Part shown: piece after piece, positions 1-9,337 of the stretch
Layout: every line of letters begins with the position of its first letter
How positions within the stretch are numbered: position 1 is the first letter of the stretch
IMG/VR virus record: IMGVR_UViG_3300026488_000020
Coordinates: 20,235-84,234 of that record
DNA: 64,000 nt
DNA from: a virus
Direction: 5' to 3' (one strand)
Notes under the pieces: generated by a model
What the model saw: only the letters and a program-made list of their open reading frames with translations
The model's database searches: none
What the model was told of the DNA's origin: nothing
Made by a program: the position numbers and the translations under genes

Positions 1-10
1 TGCAATTGTA

Positions 11-256
11 TTGTTGCTTATGGTAATTTTTGGAATTGCTAGATCAGTTGGACTAATCGGTCAAACTGCTGTTGAGAATGCGGTTTTTCAAAACTCATAT
101 CAAAAACAAAATGCTGATAAAAAAGCAAAAAATGTTTTTGCAGCACAACTTGCAGAGATTGAATATCAACTTGCACATGAAACAGATGAAGATGTAATCA
201 ATCAACTTAGAAAACAACAGTCGATGCTTAGAGTCCAATCAGCGTCAGTTAGATAA
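11..256 (+). CDS. membrane-anchored hypothetical protein, probably 5'-truncated by the window edge
   Basis: Frame is open back to the window start; hydrophobic N-terminus followed by a helical segment; precedes lipoprotein gene. Confidence 0.6.
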   Translation: MLLMVIFGIARSVGLIGQTAVENAVFQNSYQKQNADKKAKNVFAAQLAEIEYQLAHETDEDVINQLRKQQSMLRVQSASVR

Positions 257-289
257 TCAGTTAGATAAAAAACACAAAAAGGTAAAATC

Positions 290-850
290 ATGAAAAAAAT
301 AATCGTATTAATCGCAACTCTAGTTGCCGTAACATTTAGCGCGTGTGGAACGCAATCAGCAGCAAATAAAGAATCAGAAGCAGTTGAGAGACAACAAACA
401 CAATTCGCGAAAGGACAGCCCGTTCCAGCGAGTGCTTGGTCTCTAGAAAGAGATCTTTTAATTAAACTTTATAACTTACGCAATGAGCGTGTATCAACGC
501 ACTCTGTATGGAGAAGCGATTACGGAATGATTGAAGGTGAATGTCAATCAATGGGTTACGGACTTCCTTATGATACATCATTAACAAACCCTTTTATGTT
601 AACACATAAATATATTAGTTCAACAGCTGGTCGTATGAGTGGAGTAGTAGGTCAAGCAGAACCAAATGGTATATTTGCAAGTACAAATACAAGTGCAACT
701 TGGGTAATGTGTATTGGTGCAGGTGGAACTTTACAACCACATTATGTGGAGAGTAAGGTTACAGTTTATCCATATTTAGTTAAAGTAAATTTTGAAACTA
801 ATCGCGTTACACGTGTTGGTAAAAAATCAGTGAGCATTTCACAAAAATAA
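290..850 (+). CDS. putative lipoprotein
   Basis: MKK + hydrophobic stretch + lipobox FSAC; RBS AAGG; GYGLPY..TNP and QAEPNG motifs. Confidence 0.7.
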   Translation: MKKIIVLIATLVAVTFSACGTQSAANKESEAVERQQTQFAKGQPVPASAWSLERDLLIKLYNLRNERVSTHSVWRSDYGMIEGECQSMGYGLPYDTSLTNPFMLTHKYISSTAGRMSGVVGQAEPNGIFASTNTSATWVMCIGAGGTLQPHYVESKVTVYPYLVKVNFETNRVTRVGKKSVSISQK

Positions 851-890
851 AACATTATAAAAAACAGTTAGAGTTTTTTAAGGGATCTAA

Positions 891-1322
891 ATGAAAAAAA
901 TAGAATTACACACAGATGGTTCAGCGTTAGGTAATCCAGGAAGAGGTGGATGGGGATTTATCCTTATCTTTGGTAAACATGAGAAAGAAGGTTCTGGTAG
1001 TTTTAAACATGCTACAAATAATCAAATGGAGCTCACCGCCGTAATTAAAGGATTAGAATCAATTAAAGAACCATGTGATGTTCAATTATATTCTGATTCA
1101 AAGTATGTTTTAGATGGACTTGAAAAATGGATGATTAATTGGAAAAAGAACAATTGGAAAACAGCTGCGAAAAAACCAGTGAAAAATAAGGAACTCTGGA
1201 TGGAATTAGATGCTTTAAGAGATAAGCATAAAATAACATTCAATTGGGTTAAGGGTCACAATGGTGATGAATATAATGAACGAGTTGATGTTTTAGCAAA
1301 TACTGCTGCACATAACGCGTAA
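891..1322 (+). CDS. rnhA: ribonuclease HI
   Basis: TDGSALGNPG, TNNQMEL, SDSKY, VKNKELW, WVKGH..NERVD motifs. Confidence 0.97.
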   Translation: MKKIELHTDGSALGNPGRGGWGFILIFGKHEKEGSGSFKHATNNQMELTAVIKGLESIKEPCDVQLYSDSKYVLDGLEKWMINWKKNNWKTAAKKPVKNKELWMELDALRDKHKITFNWVKGHNGDEYNERVDVLANTAAHNA

Positions 1323-1343
1323 ACGAAAGTTAAGGAAATTAAA

Positions 1344-2069
1344 ATGAGTAAAATGCAAAGAAAAAGATTACACGTAAACGAGACAACTAAATATGGTTCA
1401 TTAAAAATGCACCCATCACAACCTAAACACCGTAAACATGACCCAGATTTAGAAGCATCAATTATCAAACATGGAGGAAATATTCAACCAGGTCAGGTAA
1501 ATAAACATAAAGTAATTTTAGATGGTCATGGTAGATTCCTTTATTGTAAAAAAAATAATCTACCTTTTAGTTACATCACTGTAGATGAGGGTGACTACAA
1601 TTTAATTTCCGAACTTAACACAACTGGTTCATCATGGAGATTAGTAGATCATTTAGAATCACATGGTGCAACAGATAATAACTATAAGCAGTTATTTAAT
1701 ATGTTACTAAAACATGGTATAGCGTTTTCTGTTATTGATCAAAAACTCAATTTAACAACAAAACATGTAAAACATGGATTACCAATAAATATTGATTTTG
1801 TTGATTTAGAAGAATTTATTCTTTTCAATAAAGAAGTGATAAAACTCACAGGTATTACAGCAACTAGAGCAGTTGCTAGAGCACTAGCATCATTCGATAA
1901 AATTGAAAAATTTGATCGAGAAAGAATGTTAAAAGCAATTATGAAAAATTGGACAAAACTTAATCCTGAAGTGATAGGTGGTGATCAATTTATTGCTAAA
2001 AAGTTATCAGAGGTTTATGATTATAAATCTAGATCAAAACTTAAACTATATTATTTAGTAAATAGTTAA
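1344..2069 (+). CDS. ParB/Srx N-terminal domain protein
   Basis: SIIKHGGNIQP...ILDGHGRF resembles the ParB box I/II (DGxxR) region. Confidence 0.6.
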   Translation: MSKMQRKRLHVNETTKYGSLKMHPSQPKHRKHDPDLEASIIKHGGNIQPGQVNKHKVILDGHGRFLYCKKNNLPFSYITVDEGDYNLISELNTTGSSWRLVDHLESHGATDNNYKQLFNMLLKHGIAFSVIDQKLNLTTKHVKHGLPINIDFVDLEEFILFNKEVIKLTGITATRAVARALASFDKIEKFDRERMLKAIMKNWTKLNPEVIGGDQFIAKKLSEVYDYKSRSKLKLYYLVNS

Positions 2070-2097
2070 AACGATCTTTATCGATAAAGATCGTTTT
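2068..2097. repeat. perfect 30-bp palindrome AAAACGATCTTTATCGATAAAGATCGTTTT (dispersed repeat, copy 1)
   Basis: Read directly; identical copies at 42655, 42704, 42753 and a degenerate copy at 29509. Confidence 0.95.
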
Positions 2098-2225
2098 GTA
2101 AGATTAGATAGATAAAGAGATAAAGATGTAAAGATAATTATAGTTGAAACACTTGAACACTACAATTGATGAGATTTAATCTCTGCTCTACATATCAATA
2201 ACCCGAAACAGGAACAGGAAAAATT

Positions 2226-3338
2226 ATGAACAACAATACTACAACATCAGTAACAACACCAGTAACAGCACCAGTAACAGCACCAGTGGAGGCGCCTTCA
2301 GTGGCAGTATCAAACACAACACCAGGAGTAACACCAATGATGAATACAACAGAAGCAACAACAGAAGCAACAACAGAAGCAACAACAGAAGCAACAACAG
2401 AAGCAACAACAGAAGCAGTAGTGGATGTAACAGCAGATTTATTTGATGCTGATGCACCAAAAGCGGAAAAAGTAGAAGTGCTTGAAAAAACAGAAACACA
2501 CACAGCAGCGGTTGAAGCGGTTGAAGCAGCAAAAGCATTAGTTGATGAAGCGGTTGAAGCAGCAAAAGCTGAAAAAGAAACAGAAGTTGATGATATTGCA
2601 CGCGTACAAAAAGTTATCCCAGCTGATTTAAAAGCTGATGTTAATTTCGACTTTTCAACATTACATGCAGACCTTGCAACAGTTCATGCAGATAAAAATG
2701 TTTCACTAACAGCAAAAGATTTTGGTGGAAAAAACAACACAGCAGTTGTTCAATTTAATAATGGAACATCAAAAGTTTTATCAAACATTTCAATGGATGG
2801 TTTAAGTACTTCAGTTGAGGGTGGATTCGTTCAAGCTCATGTTATGATTCCTTTAGATATGGTTGAAGATATTAGATCAATTCTTAAAGAAGCAAATGAT
2901 AGAGCTTCTCAAATGATCGTTGATATGGTTGCTGCAAAAGCATCTAAGAAACAATCAGCTTTAAAAGAAGCAGTTAAAGCAGCAAAAGAAACTTTAAAAG
3001 AAGCAAAAGAAGCTCTAGCACCATTAGCTGATGAACACAAAGAAGCAATTAAAGTTGAGAAAGCTCGTCTTAAAGTAGTAGCAGATGCAGAAAAAGCTGC
3101 AAAAAAAGAAGAGAGAACTAAAGCAGCAGAAGCTAAAAAAGTAGAAGCCGAAGCTAAAAAAGCAGCAAAGATTGCAGCAAAAGCAGCAGCAGAAGCTAAA
3201 AAAGCAGCAGCAAAAGCAGCAGCAGTTGTAGCACCAGCAACAACAGTTTCAGCAGAAGAAGCAGCAGCAGCAAGTATTGTAGTTGATGCACCAGCAGCAA
3301 CTCCTTCAATTGATATTGAAGCACTAGTAGCAGAGTAA
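2226..3338 (+). CDS. Ala/Lys/Glu-rich protein with low-complexity termini (possible DNA-binding/histone H1-like tail)
   Basis: TTEA repeats at the N-terminus, AKKAAAK-rich C-terminal region, strongly biased codons, AGGA RBS. Confidence 0.6.
   Translation: MNNNTTTSVTTPVTAPVTAPVEAPSVAVSNTTPGVTPMMNTTEATTEATTEATTEATTEATTEAVVDVTADLFDADAPKAEKVEVLEKTETHTAAVEAVEAAKALVDEAVEAAKAEKETEVDDIARVQKVIPADLKADVNFDFSTLHADLATVHADKNVSLTAKDFGGKNNTAVVQFNNGTSKVLSNISMDGLSTSVEGGFVQAHVMIPLDMVEDIRSILKEANDRASQMIVDMVAAKASKKQSALKEAVKAAKETLKEAKEALAPLADEHKEAIKVEKARLKVVADAEKAAKKEERTKAAEAKKVEAEAKKAAKIAAKAAAEAKKAAAKAAAVVAPATTVSAEEAAAASIVVDAPAATPSIDIEALVAE
2346..2417 (+). repeat. 12-bp coding tandem repeat ACAACAGAAGCA x6 (TTEA)
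   Basis: Read directly. Confidence 0.95.
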
Positions 3339-3366
3339 ATTATGAATCAATTTCAGGATATAGAAG

Positions 3367-3386
3367 AAGAAGACTTCGGTCTTCTT
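3367..3386 (+). terminator. hairpin with cUUCGg tetraloop
   Basis: AAGAAGAC-TTCG-GTCTTCTT downstream of 2226..3338; weak U tail. Confidence 0.6.
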
Positions 3387-3415
3387 GAAGAATAAATACA
3401 AATTAAAGGGAAATT

Positions 3416-3835
3416 ATGATAGTTGAAGTTGAAGAAGAATGGTATACGATTGGAATGTTATCAGCGAATCCTAAAAAATTATATGTTTTTGGTGATAACA
3501 CTATTCGTGCAGGTCGAGGAGGACAAGCAGTTATTCGAGATTGTTTTAATGCAGTCGGAGTAGCTACAAAACGATTACCAAGTGTTAGTGATAGTTCATA
3601 TTATGCTGACACTCAATCAGATTATAAATCATTGACAAATGATTTATTTAATTTGTCAAAAGTAATGGCGTCCCCTGAATTTCAGGACTGGACGATAGTA
3701 TTTCCAAAAGATGGTTTAGGAACAGGTTTATCAGAAATGCCGCAAAGATCACCTTTTCTCTTTGATGTTATGTCAAAATATTTAAAACAATATTTCAATG
3801 TTAATACAAACGATGATGGAACTTTAAACATTTAA
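3416..3835 (+). CDS. conserved phage protein (VFGDN..GRGGQA family, possibly macrodomain-like)
   Basis: YVFGDN, GRGGQAVIR, FPKDGLGTG motifs. Confidence 0.5.
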   Translation: MIVEVEEEWYTIGMLSANPKKLYVFGDNTIRAGRGGQAVIRDCFNAVGVATKRLPSVSDSSYYADTQSDYKSLTNDLFNLSKVMASPEFQDWTIVFPKDGLGTGLSEMPQRSPFLFDVMSKYLKQYFNVNTNDDGTLNI

Positions 3836-3861
3836 ACATTAGCTTCGGCTAATGTTTTTTT
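3834..3861 (+). terminator. intrinsic terminator
   Basis: AAACATTAGC-TTCG-GCTAATGTTT followed by a T run. Confidence 0.9.
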
Positions 3862-3898
3862 AATTCAAAACACTTTTGAAGAACATAAAGGATAAGAA

Positions 3899-4753
3899 AT
3901 GTCAAAGAATAAAAAGCAAAGAGAACCAAGAAATGATGAAGGATATGATAAAACATATTTTTTAAAACCCGAGAGATATGCAATTGATGAAATAGTTGAA
4001 TATATCAACTCTGACGAATCATATGTTATATTAAATGATACTAGAGTAAAAGTTGAAGGTTTGAGATTAAACACTTTTACAAAACACACAGTATGTTCAT
4101 CATGTGGTAGAGCAGGATCACATTTTAGAATTGCTAGCAACAATGATTCTAAAAATGGTCCACACTCATTCCATTTATGTTTATGGTCAGATGATAAAAT
4201 TCAAATGACAAAAGATCACATAATCCCAAAATCAAAAGGTGGTGCAGATCATCTCTCAAATATGCAATGTATGTGCACAAAGTGTAATATGAAAAAGGGA
4301 AATAAGATGACAGACGATGACATCAAAAAAGGAGCATTTGTTGAAAATTATGATCCTATAAATTATCCTGATAAACATGATAGTGGAAAGAAGATTGGAA
4401 AATCAACGGGTTTATCATATATATCGATCATGAAAAAACATGATCCAAAACATGAAGATATTTCAAGAGATGTTTTTAGAAATTCATATATAGGAAATTT
4501 ATCAACCAGAGTAAATAAATGGTGTGAAAAACATCGTGCAAATATATACGAGCTTACAAAAGATCATAATTTATGGGATCAGGCAACTATTGATGGAGTG
4601 TTAGATGATGCAACTATTGTATATAATTGTGTTCAAGAAATAGTAGACACATATCGAGGAACTTTTAGTGTTGAACATAAAGTTATGCGATTATTACCAA
4701 AGAAACAGCGACGCAAACTTTTAAAGAAATGGAGAACAGATGAAGAATCGTAA
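3899..4753 (+). CDS. HNH endonuclease
   Basis: CSSC ... DHIIPKSKGGADHLSNMQCMCTKCN. Confidence 0.85.
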   Translation: MSKNKKQREPRNDEGYDKTYFLKPERYAIDEIVEYINSDESYVILNDTRVKVEGLRLNTFTKHTVCSSCGRAGSHFRIASNNDSKNGPHSFHLCLWSDDKIQMTKDHIIPKSKGGADHLSNMQCMCTKCNMKKGNKMTDDDIKKGAFVENYDPINYPDKHDSGKKIGKSTGLSYISIMKKHDPKHEDISRDVFRNSYIGNLSTRVNKWCEKHRANIYELTKDHNLWDQATIDGVLDDATIVYNCVQEIVDTYRGTFSVEHKVMRLLPKKQRRKLLKKWRTDEES

Positions 4754-5111
4754 ATATAAAACTTTAATGTATGAAGCATTATCTGATGCTAATGAATATG
4801 CGTATGAGTCGAAACTTGATACAATATTGGAAGAAGTTAGAAAAGAAAAAAAGGACCTTAAACCTCATGAGTTACATCTAGGTCATGGTGATGTGATTGA
4901 TATGGCAGATATTTATAACCATCAGTCATTAGATGATGGTTGGCAAATGCGGGATGATCGTTCCGGTGAATATAGGGACACAATTTATTATTGTTATGAT
5001 GCTAAAAAAGTATTAGAATTAATTAATCAAGGTTATGCAGAACTTGATTCAATTGAGTCATCAGCTGCAAAAAAAACAGCTTATTATTTTCGCATGCGTA
5101 GAAATTATTAA
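4740..5111 (+). CDS. hypothetical protein
   Basis: ORF with GGAG RBS, overlapping upstream stop. Confidence 0.6.
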   Translation: MKNRKYKTLMYEALSDANEYAYESKLDTILEEVRKEKKDLKPHELHLGHGDVIDMADIYNHQSLDDGWQMRDDRSGEYRDTIYYCYDAKKVLELINQGYAELDSIESSAAKKTAYYFRMRRNY

Positions 5112-5122
5112 AAGGTTGTTAT

Positions 5123-5491
5123 ATGGATAATTTAGGATTAATAATTAATAGTCAATATGGTATAGCAGGTATAGCAGGAGATAGACAAAAAATGGATAGT
5201 TATCTAATGTTGATAATTTATGAACAATCTAATCCATATAATTTTTTGGCATCTCAAGCAGAAGCAGCAGTTGAATCATCATATTATTGGGAGAGTGAAA
5301 ATGTAAAGTCTCTAATTAAAAGGGAACTATCCATTCAAGAAATACAGAAAAAGATAATGGGGAATGCAAAATTACACATTAATAAATATGCAGATTTAGA
5401 TGTATCATGTTTTGAAAATTTGAAATATCAAGAAATACATGATTATAAATCTTTAGAATATCCAGGAAAAAGGAGTCGCAGATGGCGTTAA
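5123..5491 (+). CDS. hypothetical protein
   Basis: ORF in tightly packed + strand run. Confidence 0.6.
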   Translation: MDNLGLIINSQYGIAGIAGDRQKMDSYLMLIIYEQSNPYNFLASQAEAAVESSYYWESENVKSLIKRELSIQEIQKKIMGNAKLHINKYADLDVSCFENLKYQEIHDYKSLEYPGKRSRRWR

Positions 5492-5760
5492 GTTTTGAAG
5501 AGGCTAGAAAATTATTAGCACAGGAAGAAGCTGTTCTAACAGCTTATAATATAATGTTGGTAAATGCTCAAGAGTATTTTGAAGCAAACTCGGTTAGTTC
5601 CAGATCAGAAGAAGATCAGATAATGTTTAGAAAGGTTGCAGTGTGCGATCATAGAAGATTAACGCAACCACCTGGAACACCTTATATGACCGATGATGAA
5701 ATTATATCTAGACTTCAAAGTCTAGATGAAAAATATGAAAAGGAAAAAGACAATGCGTAG
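5482..5760 (+). CDS. hypothetical protein
   Basis: AGGAG RBS, overlaps upstream gene. Confidence 0.6.
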   Translation: MALSFEEARKLLAQEEAVLTAYNIMLVNAQEYFEANSVSSRSEEDQIMFRKVAVCDHRRLTQPPGTPYMTDDEIISRLQSLDEKYEKEKDNA

Positions 5761-6070
5761 AAAAACTTTAGATATTATAATGATGGGAATCTTATTAATG
5801 CCAAATGTAACTGTTAGTTACATTAGTGTATTTATTTCAAAATCTGATCAAGATTTATGGTTCGTCCTTAGTAGTTTGATCATTGCACTTATTGTGTTCG
5901 CGTCAAGTATATATGAGATGAAAGATGATAAAGAGTTTAAAAATTTTGGGTGGTATACTATATTAGTGATGCCTGGAATCAATGTAATATTACTTTTTGT
6001 AATATTAGTATTAGGTGGATTCATATATATGATCGAATCTTTTAAAAAATTTAGAAAGAATTTAAAATGA
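5726..6070 (+). CDS. membrane protein (start probably 5753)
   Basis: Three hydrophobic segments. Confidence 0.6.
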   Translation: MKNMKRKKTMRRKTLDIIMMGILLMPNVTVSYISVFISKSDQDLWFVLSSLIIALIVFASSIYEMKDDKEFKNFGWYTILVMPGINVILLFVILVLGGFIYMIESFKKFRKNLK

Positions 6071-6420
6071 AAATAAATTTTAAACTAGGAAAAGCCTTTT
6101 CAAAAGATGTTTTAACACGACTCATCAATCAAGGAGTTTGTAAAAATGTTTCGATTAATTCCAATGATTTACACTTAACTGATATATTAACATTTGAGAA
6201 TGAGTCTATAAACTTAATACTACATTTACCAAACTTTAAAAATGATGGGTGTTTATTTTTTATAGAAACTGGCTCTAATGACAATGCTATAGATTTAGTG
6301 GAAATATATTATAAATCATCTAAAACAATTGGAGAAGATTTTATAGTTACAGAAATTTTAAATTTTGCAGAACATGCTGCATTTAATTATGGTGAAATTA
6401 AAATTAAAATTAAGGAATAA
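6067..6420 (+). CDS. hypothetical protein
   Basis: ATGA overlap with upstream gene. Confidence 0.6.
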   Translation: MKINFKLGKAFSKDVLTRLINQGVCKNVSINSNDLHLTDILTFENESINLILHLPNFKNDGCLFFIETGSNDNAIDLVEIYYKSSKTIGEDFIVTEILNFAEHAAFNYGEIKIKIKE

Positions 6421-6422
6421 TT

Positions 6423-6833
6423 ATGAGCCCCGAATTAATGACTTATAAAACGTTTTGTGATTTAGAAGAAGAGAATATTTTAGAAATGAGAGATGATTTT
6501 GTATCAGACAATTATGATCGAATGAACTCAATTGCATTTATGTCACTAATTCCTGAAGGAGTTTTTGGTGTATCTATTTTTGGTGTAAGTTCAAAACTTT
6601 ATATGAAATATGATGCAATTGATGTTGATAAATTTACAATAGATGAAACTAAAATATTATCAACAGCAGCTAATAAACTAATTGAGAAAAGTGATAAAGA
6701 GTTTTTAATATTAATATTAAAAACTCTTTTATTTAATTGTCAATGTGAGTTAGGTGGTATGTATATAATGATGAAAATTCTTAGAGACCATCTTATAGAG
6801 CAAGGTGTAAATAAAATAGATTTGGAGTGTTAA
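6423..6833 (+). CDS. hypothetical protein
   Basis: AAGGA RBS. Confidence 0.6.
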   Translation: MSPELMTYKTFCDLEEENILEMRDDFVSDNYDRMNSIAFMSLIPEGVFGVSIFGVSSKLYMKYDAIDVDKFTIDETKILSTAANKLIEKSDKEFLILILKTLLFNCQCELGGMYIMMKILRDHLIEQGVNKIDLEC

Positions 6834-7255
6834 TTATGAGAGATTATGAAAGTATTAGAGAAGAGTGGATTCATTTAAGAAAGATCCCAAGTACAAAAAA
6901 AGTTGAAGTTGATTTTGTTAAACAAGCTACACTTGGACTAATTGTAGATAAGGTTGATAAGATGCGCAAGAGCGCTGGAAAAGGTGTATACGATGATTAC
7001 GTCGCAGCAGCAATTAAAAGTGAATATAAGCAAACTATTGACGCTTTAAATCAAGGTGTTGAATGCCAAATTCAAGTAGATGTATTAGAAGCATTAATGC
7101 CTAAAGCATTAAGTCCTGAAGAAACATCTGGAACAATAATTGCGATAATTGCGAAATATGAAAAACCAAATATGGGCACCATAATGAAAGATTTAAAAGA
7201 TATCGAAGGCATCGATATGAAAATTGCATCTAAATTGGTCAAGGAGTTATTATAA
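6827..7255 (+). CDS. GatB/YqeY domain protein
   Basis: VLEALMPKALSPEE...NMGTIMKDLK...DMKIASKLVK matches the YqeY C-terminal pattern. Confidence 0.7.
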   Translation: MLIMRDYESIREEWIHLRKIPSTKKVEVDFVKQATLGLIVDKVDKMRKSAGKGVYDDYVAAAIKSEYKQTIDALNQGVECQIQVDVLEALMPKALSPEETSGTIIAIIAKYEKPNMGTIMKDLKDIEGIDMKIASKLVKELL

Positions 7256-7443
7256 TGGAAATTTTTTTAAATATATTATATATTTTAGTATTTGCTTCAT
7301 ATGTCTATATTGGTACAAAATTTATTGGAAGATCATCTCAATCTTGGAATTGGTATATATATATATTTGAATTTTGTTTAGTATTACTTTGGCCAATTAT
7401 TGCGATATTGGTTGCATTATTTGATAATAAGGATAAGTTATAG
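7255..7443 (+). CDS. small membrane protein
   Basis: Two hydrophobic segments, LLWP motif. Confidence 0.55.
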   Translation: MEIFLNILYILVFASYVYIGTKFIGRSSQSWNWYIYIFEFCLVLLWPIIAILVALFDNKDKL

Positions 7444-7643
7444 CTACAAAATTACGTGAACTTCATTACACATACAATGAAAAACATTATGAAAAATTAA
7501 AACATATGAAAAATGTTGAAGTGACAATTGAGTATTTATATTATCACCCAACAATTCCATCATACTTAGTTGTAACATCAGATAAAAAAACAATAAATAA
7601 AATATTAAAAGATTTTAATATTTTAACATATGCACTTTCATAA
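7440..7643 (+). CDS. hypothetical protein missed by the ORF track (ATA start, or ATG at 7506)
   Basis: Open frame IATKLRELHY...YALS* fills the gap exactly; AAGGA upstream. Confidence 0.45.
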   Translation: MATKLRELHYTYNEKHYEKLKHMKNVEVTIEYLYYHPTIPSYLVVTSDKKTINKILKDFNILTYALS

Positions 7644-7652
7644 GGAGGAAGC

Positions 7653-8228
7653 ATGATCAGTAAAACATTAACATGGGACGCAATATCACCTGGTGATAAA
7701 TTCATAAGTTTCGATAAAGAATACACAATTGAATCAGTTATGGAATCAAAAACTAGTTTTTTATTAGAAGAATTAGATAGAGGTTTTTTAGCATTTAAAG
7801 ATATTAATGATGTTGATTGGACATATATACAATCTAAGAATTATTTAGAAGTTAAAGAATCAGATGCGGATCATCCGCATGATCTTAACATTGTTATGAA
7901 TAAAAAAGGTAAAGCAATTTTATCGTATTATTTATTTAAGACTGCTAAGAGATTAACATTTGATATTTTACAACAATCAGATGAAACTAAATTTAAAGGA
8001 GATGATTTTGTAGGTTCGGGATTTGTATTTAAGGCTTCAAATGGTTATGAAGTAATCAGTAGAAGTAGAATGGATATTCAAACTGAGAGAATATGGTTAC
8101 ATGGTGCAACAACTAATGGTACTGAACATCGTTCAGGAACAATGGTTTTTTCATCGGATGCAAAAAGAGATATAGCTTATACAGAATTTGTAAAAGCTTT
8201 AAATGAATGGGGAGAAAATTATGAATAA
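7653..8228 (+). CDS. hypothetical protein
   Basis: AGGAGG RBS. Confidence 0.65.
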   Translation: MISKTLTWDAISPGDKFISFDKEYTIESVMESKTSFLLEELDRGFLAFKDINDVDWTYIQSKNYLEVKESDADHPHDLNIVMNKKGKAILSYYLFKTAKRLTFDILQQSDETKFKGDDFVGSGFVFKASNGYEVISRSRMDIQTERIWLHGATTNGTEHRSGTMVFSSDAKRDIAYTEFVKALNEWGENYE

Positions 8229-8997
8229 TAAATTATGTGTAGTATCAATGTCTGGTGGATTAGATAGTTCAACATTATTAGCTAGAGCTTTATCCGAAGG
8301 TAAAACATGTTTACCTATAAATTACAACTATGGTCAAGTCAATATTGTTGAAATGCACGCTCAAAAAAATGTATGGAAACATTTTAAAGATATTTATGGG
8401 GAACAACTGTTAGATACAATTGTTATTGATTTTACTAGCACCGTTGGTGATGTTATTAAAACATTTAGAGATAATATTGAGAATGGACACGCTGAAGAAA
8501 CAACAGATATGAAATATTATATGCCATCAAGAAATCTTTTATTTATGAGTATGGCAGCTGTTGTTGGAGAAATTATAGCAAATGATAAAAGAATAACTAA
8601 ACTAAGTTTAGGATTAGGTATTCATCAACATTCAGATATTTATGCAAAAGATTATTGGGATATTAGTCCACAATTTGCTAGTAAGTTGGCAGATCTTTTG
8701 AATTTAAATGATAATCTTGATGTTGAAATATATGCACCATATAAAGATGGATATAAATCTGAAATCGTAAAAGATTGTAAAACTTTTAAAGTTCCATATA
8801 AAAAAACTTGGACTTGTTATGAACCATATAAGTTACAAACTTGGAACGATGGGGACAATGATGGTGATGCTATATATCAAAGATATGTTCCATGTTTAAC
8901 GTGTGAAGCGTGTTTAGAAAGAGAAACACAATCAGAAGGTATCATTGAAGATATTAATGAATATTCAACAGATATTCAAATCGGTGTGATGGGTTAA
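8221..8997 (+). CDS. queC: 7-cyano-7-deazaguanine synthase QueC-like
   Basis: PP-loop SMSGGLDSST, YNYGQ, YMPSRN, TWTCY...CLTCEAC; start 8221 preferred (GGAG RBS). Confidence 0.9.
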   Translation: MNNKLCVVSMSGGLDSSTLLARALSEGKTCLPINYNYGQVNIVEMHAQKNVWKHFKDIYGEQLLDTIVIDFTSTVGDVIKTFRDNIENGHAEETTDMKYYMPSRNLLFMSMAAVVGEIIANDKRITKLSLGLGIHQHSDIYAKDYWDISPQFASKLADLLNLNDNLDVEIYAPYKDGYKSEIVKDCKTFKVPYKKTWTCYEPYKLQTWNDGDNDGDAIYQRYVPCLTCEACLERETQSEGIIEDINEYSTDIQIGVMG

Positions 8998-8998
8998 T

Positions 8999-9334
8999 AT
9001 GATGTTATATATATTTTATTTTTTTAGTACATTACTAATTTTAATGAATATTCGAATTTATATGAACGCTATTTTGGGTCGTTCGTATAAACATTTTAAT
9101 TTTTTATTATTATCATTAACTCTTATTGGAGTCCTTCTTACACCGTATCATTTATCTATTGAATTAATTTTATATGTGTTATTTGGGACACTCTATGCGA
9201 ATTTTATTAAGTTATCAATATCAGATGATATATCTGATTTTGGGATAAAAAGTTTTATTTTATTAATACTATCACATGCATCATTTATGATATATGCAAA
9301 TAATTATCAATCAATTTTTGATTACTGGAGATAA
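8999..9334 (+). CDS. membrane protein
   Basis: Four hydrophobic segments. Confidence 0.55.
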   Translation: MMLYIFYFFSTLLILMNIRIYMNAILGRSYKHFNFLLLSLTLIGVLLTPYHLSIELILYVLFGTLYANFIKLSISDDISDFGIKSFILLILSHASFMIYANNYQSIFDYWR

Positions 9335-9337
9335 ATA

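Noticed and set aside
2195-2601. Minus-strand ORFs 2195..2503 and 2239..2601 (poly-Leu, VVAS repeats)
   Set aside because: Shadows of the 12-bp repeats in the + strand gene
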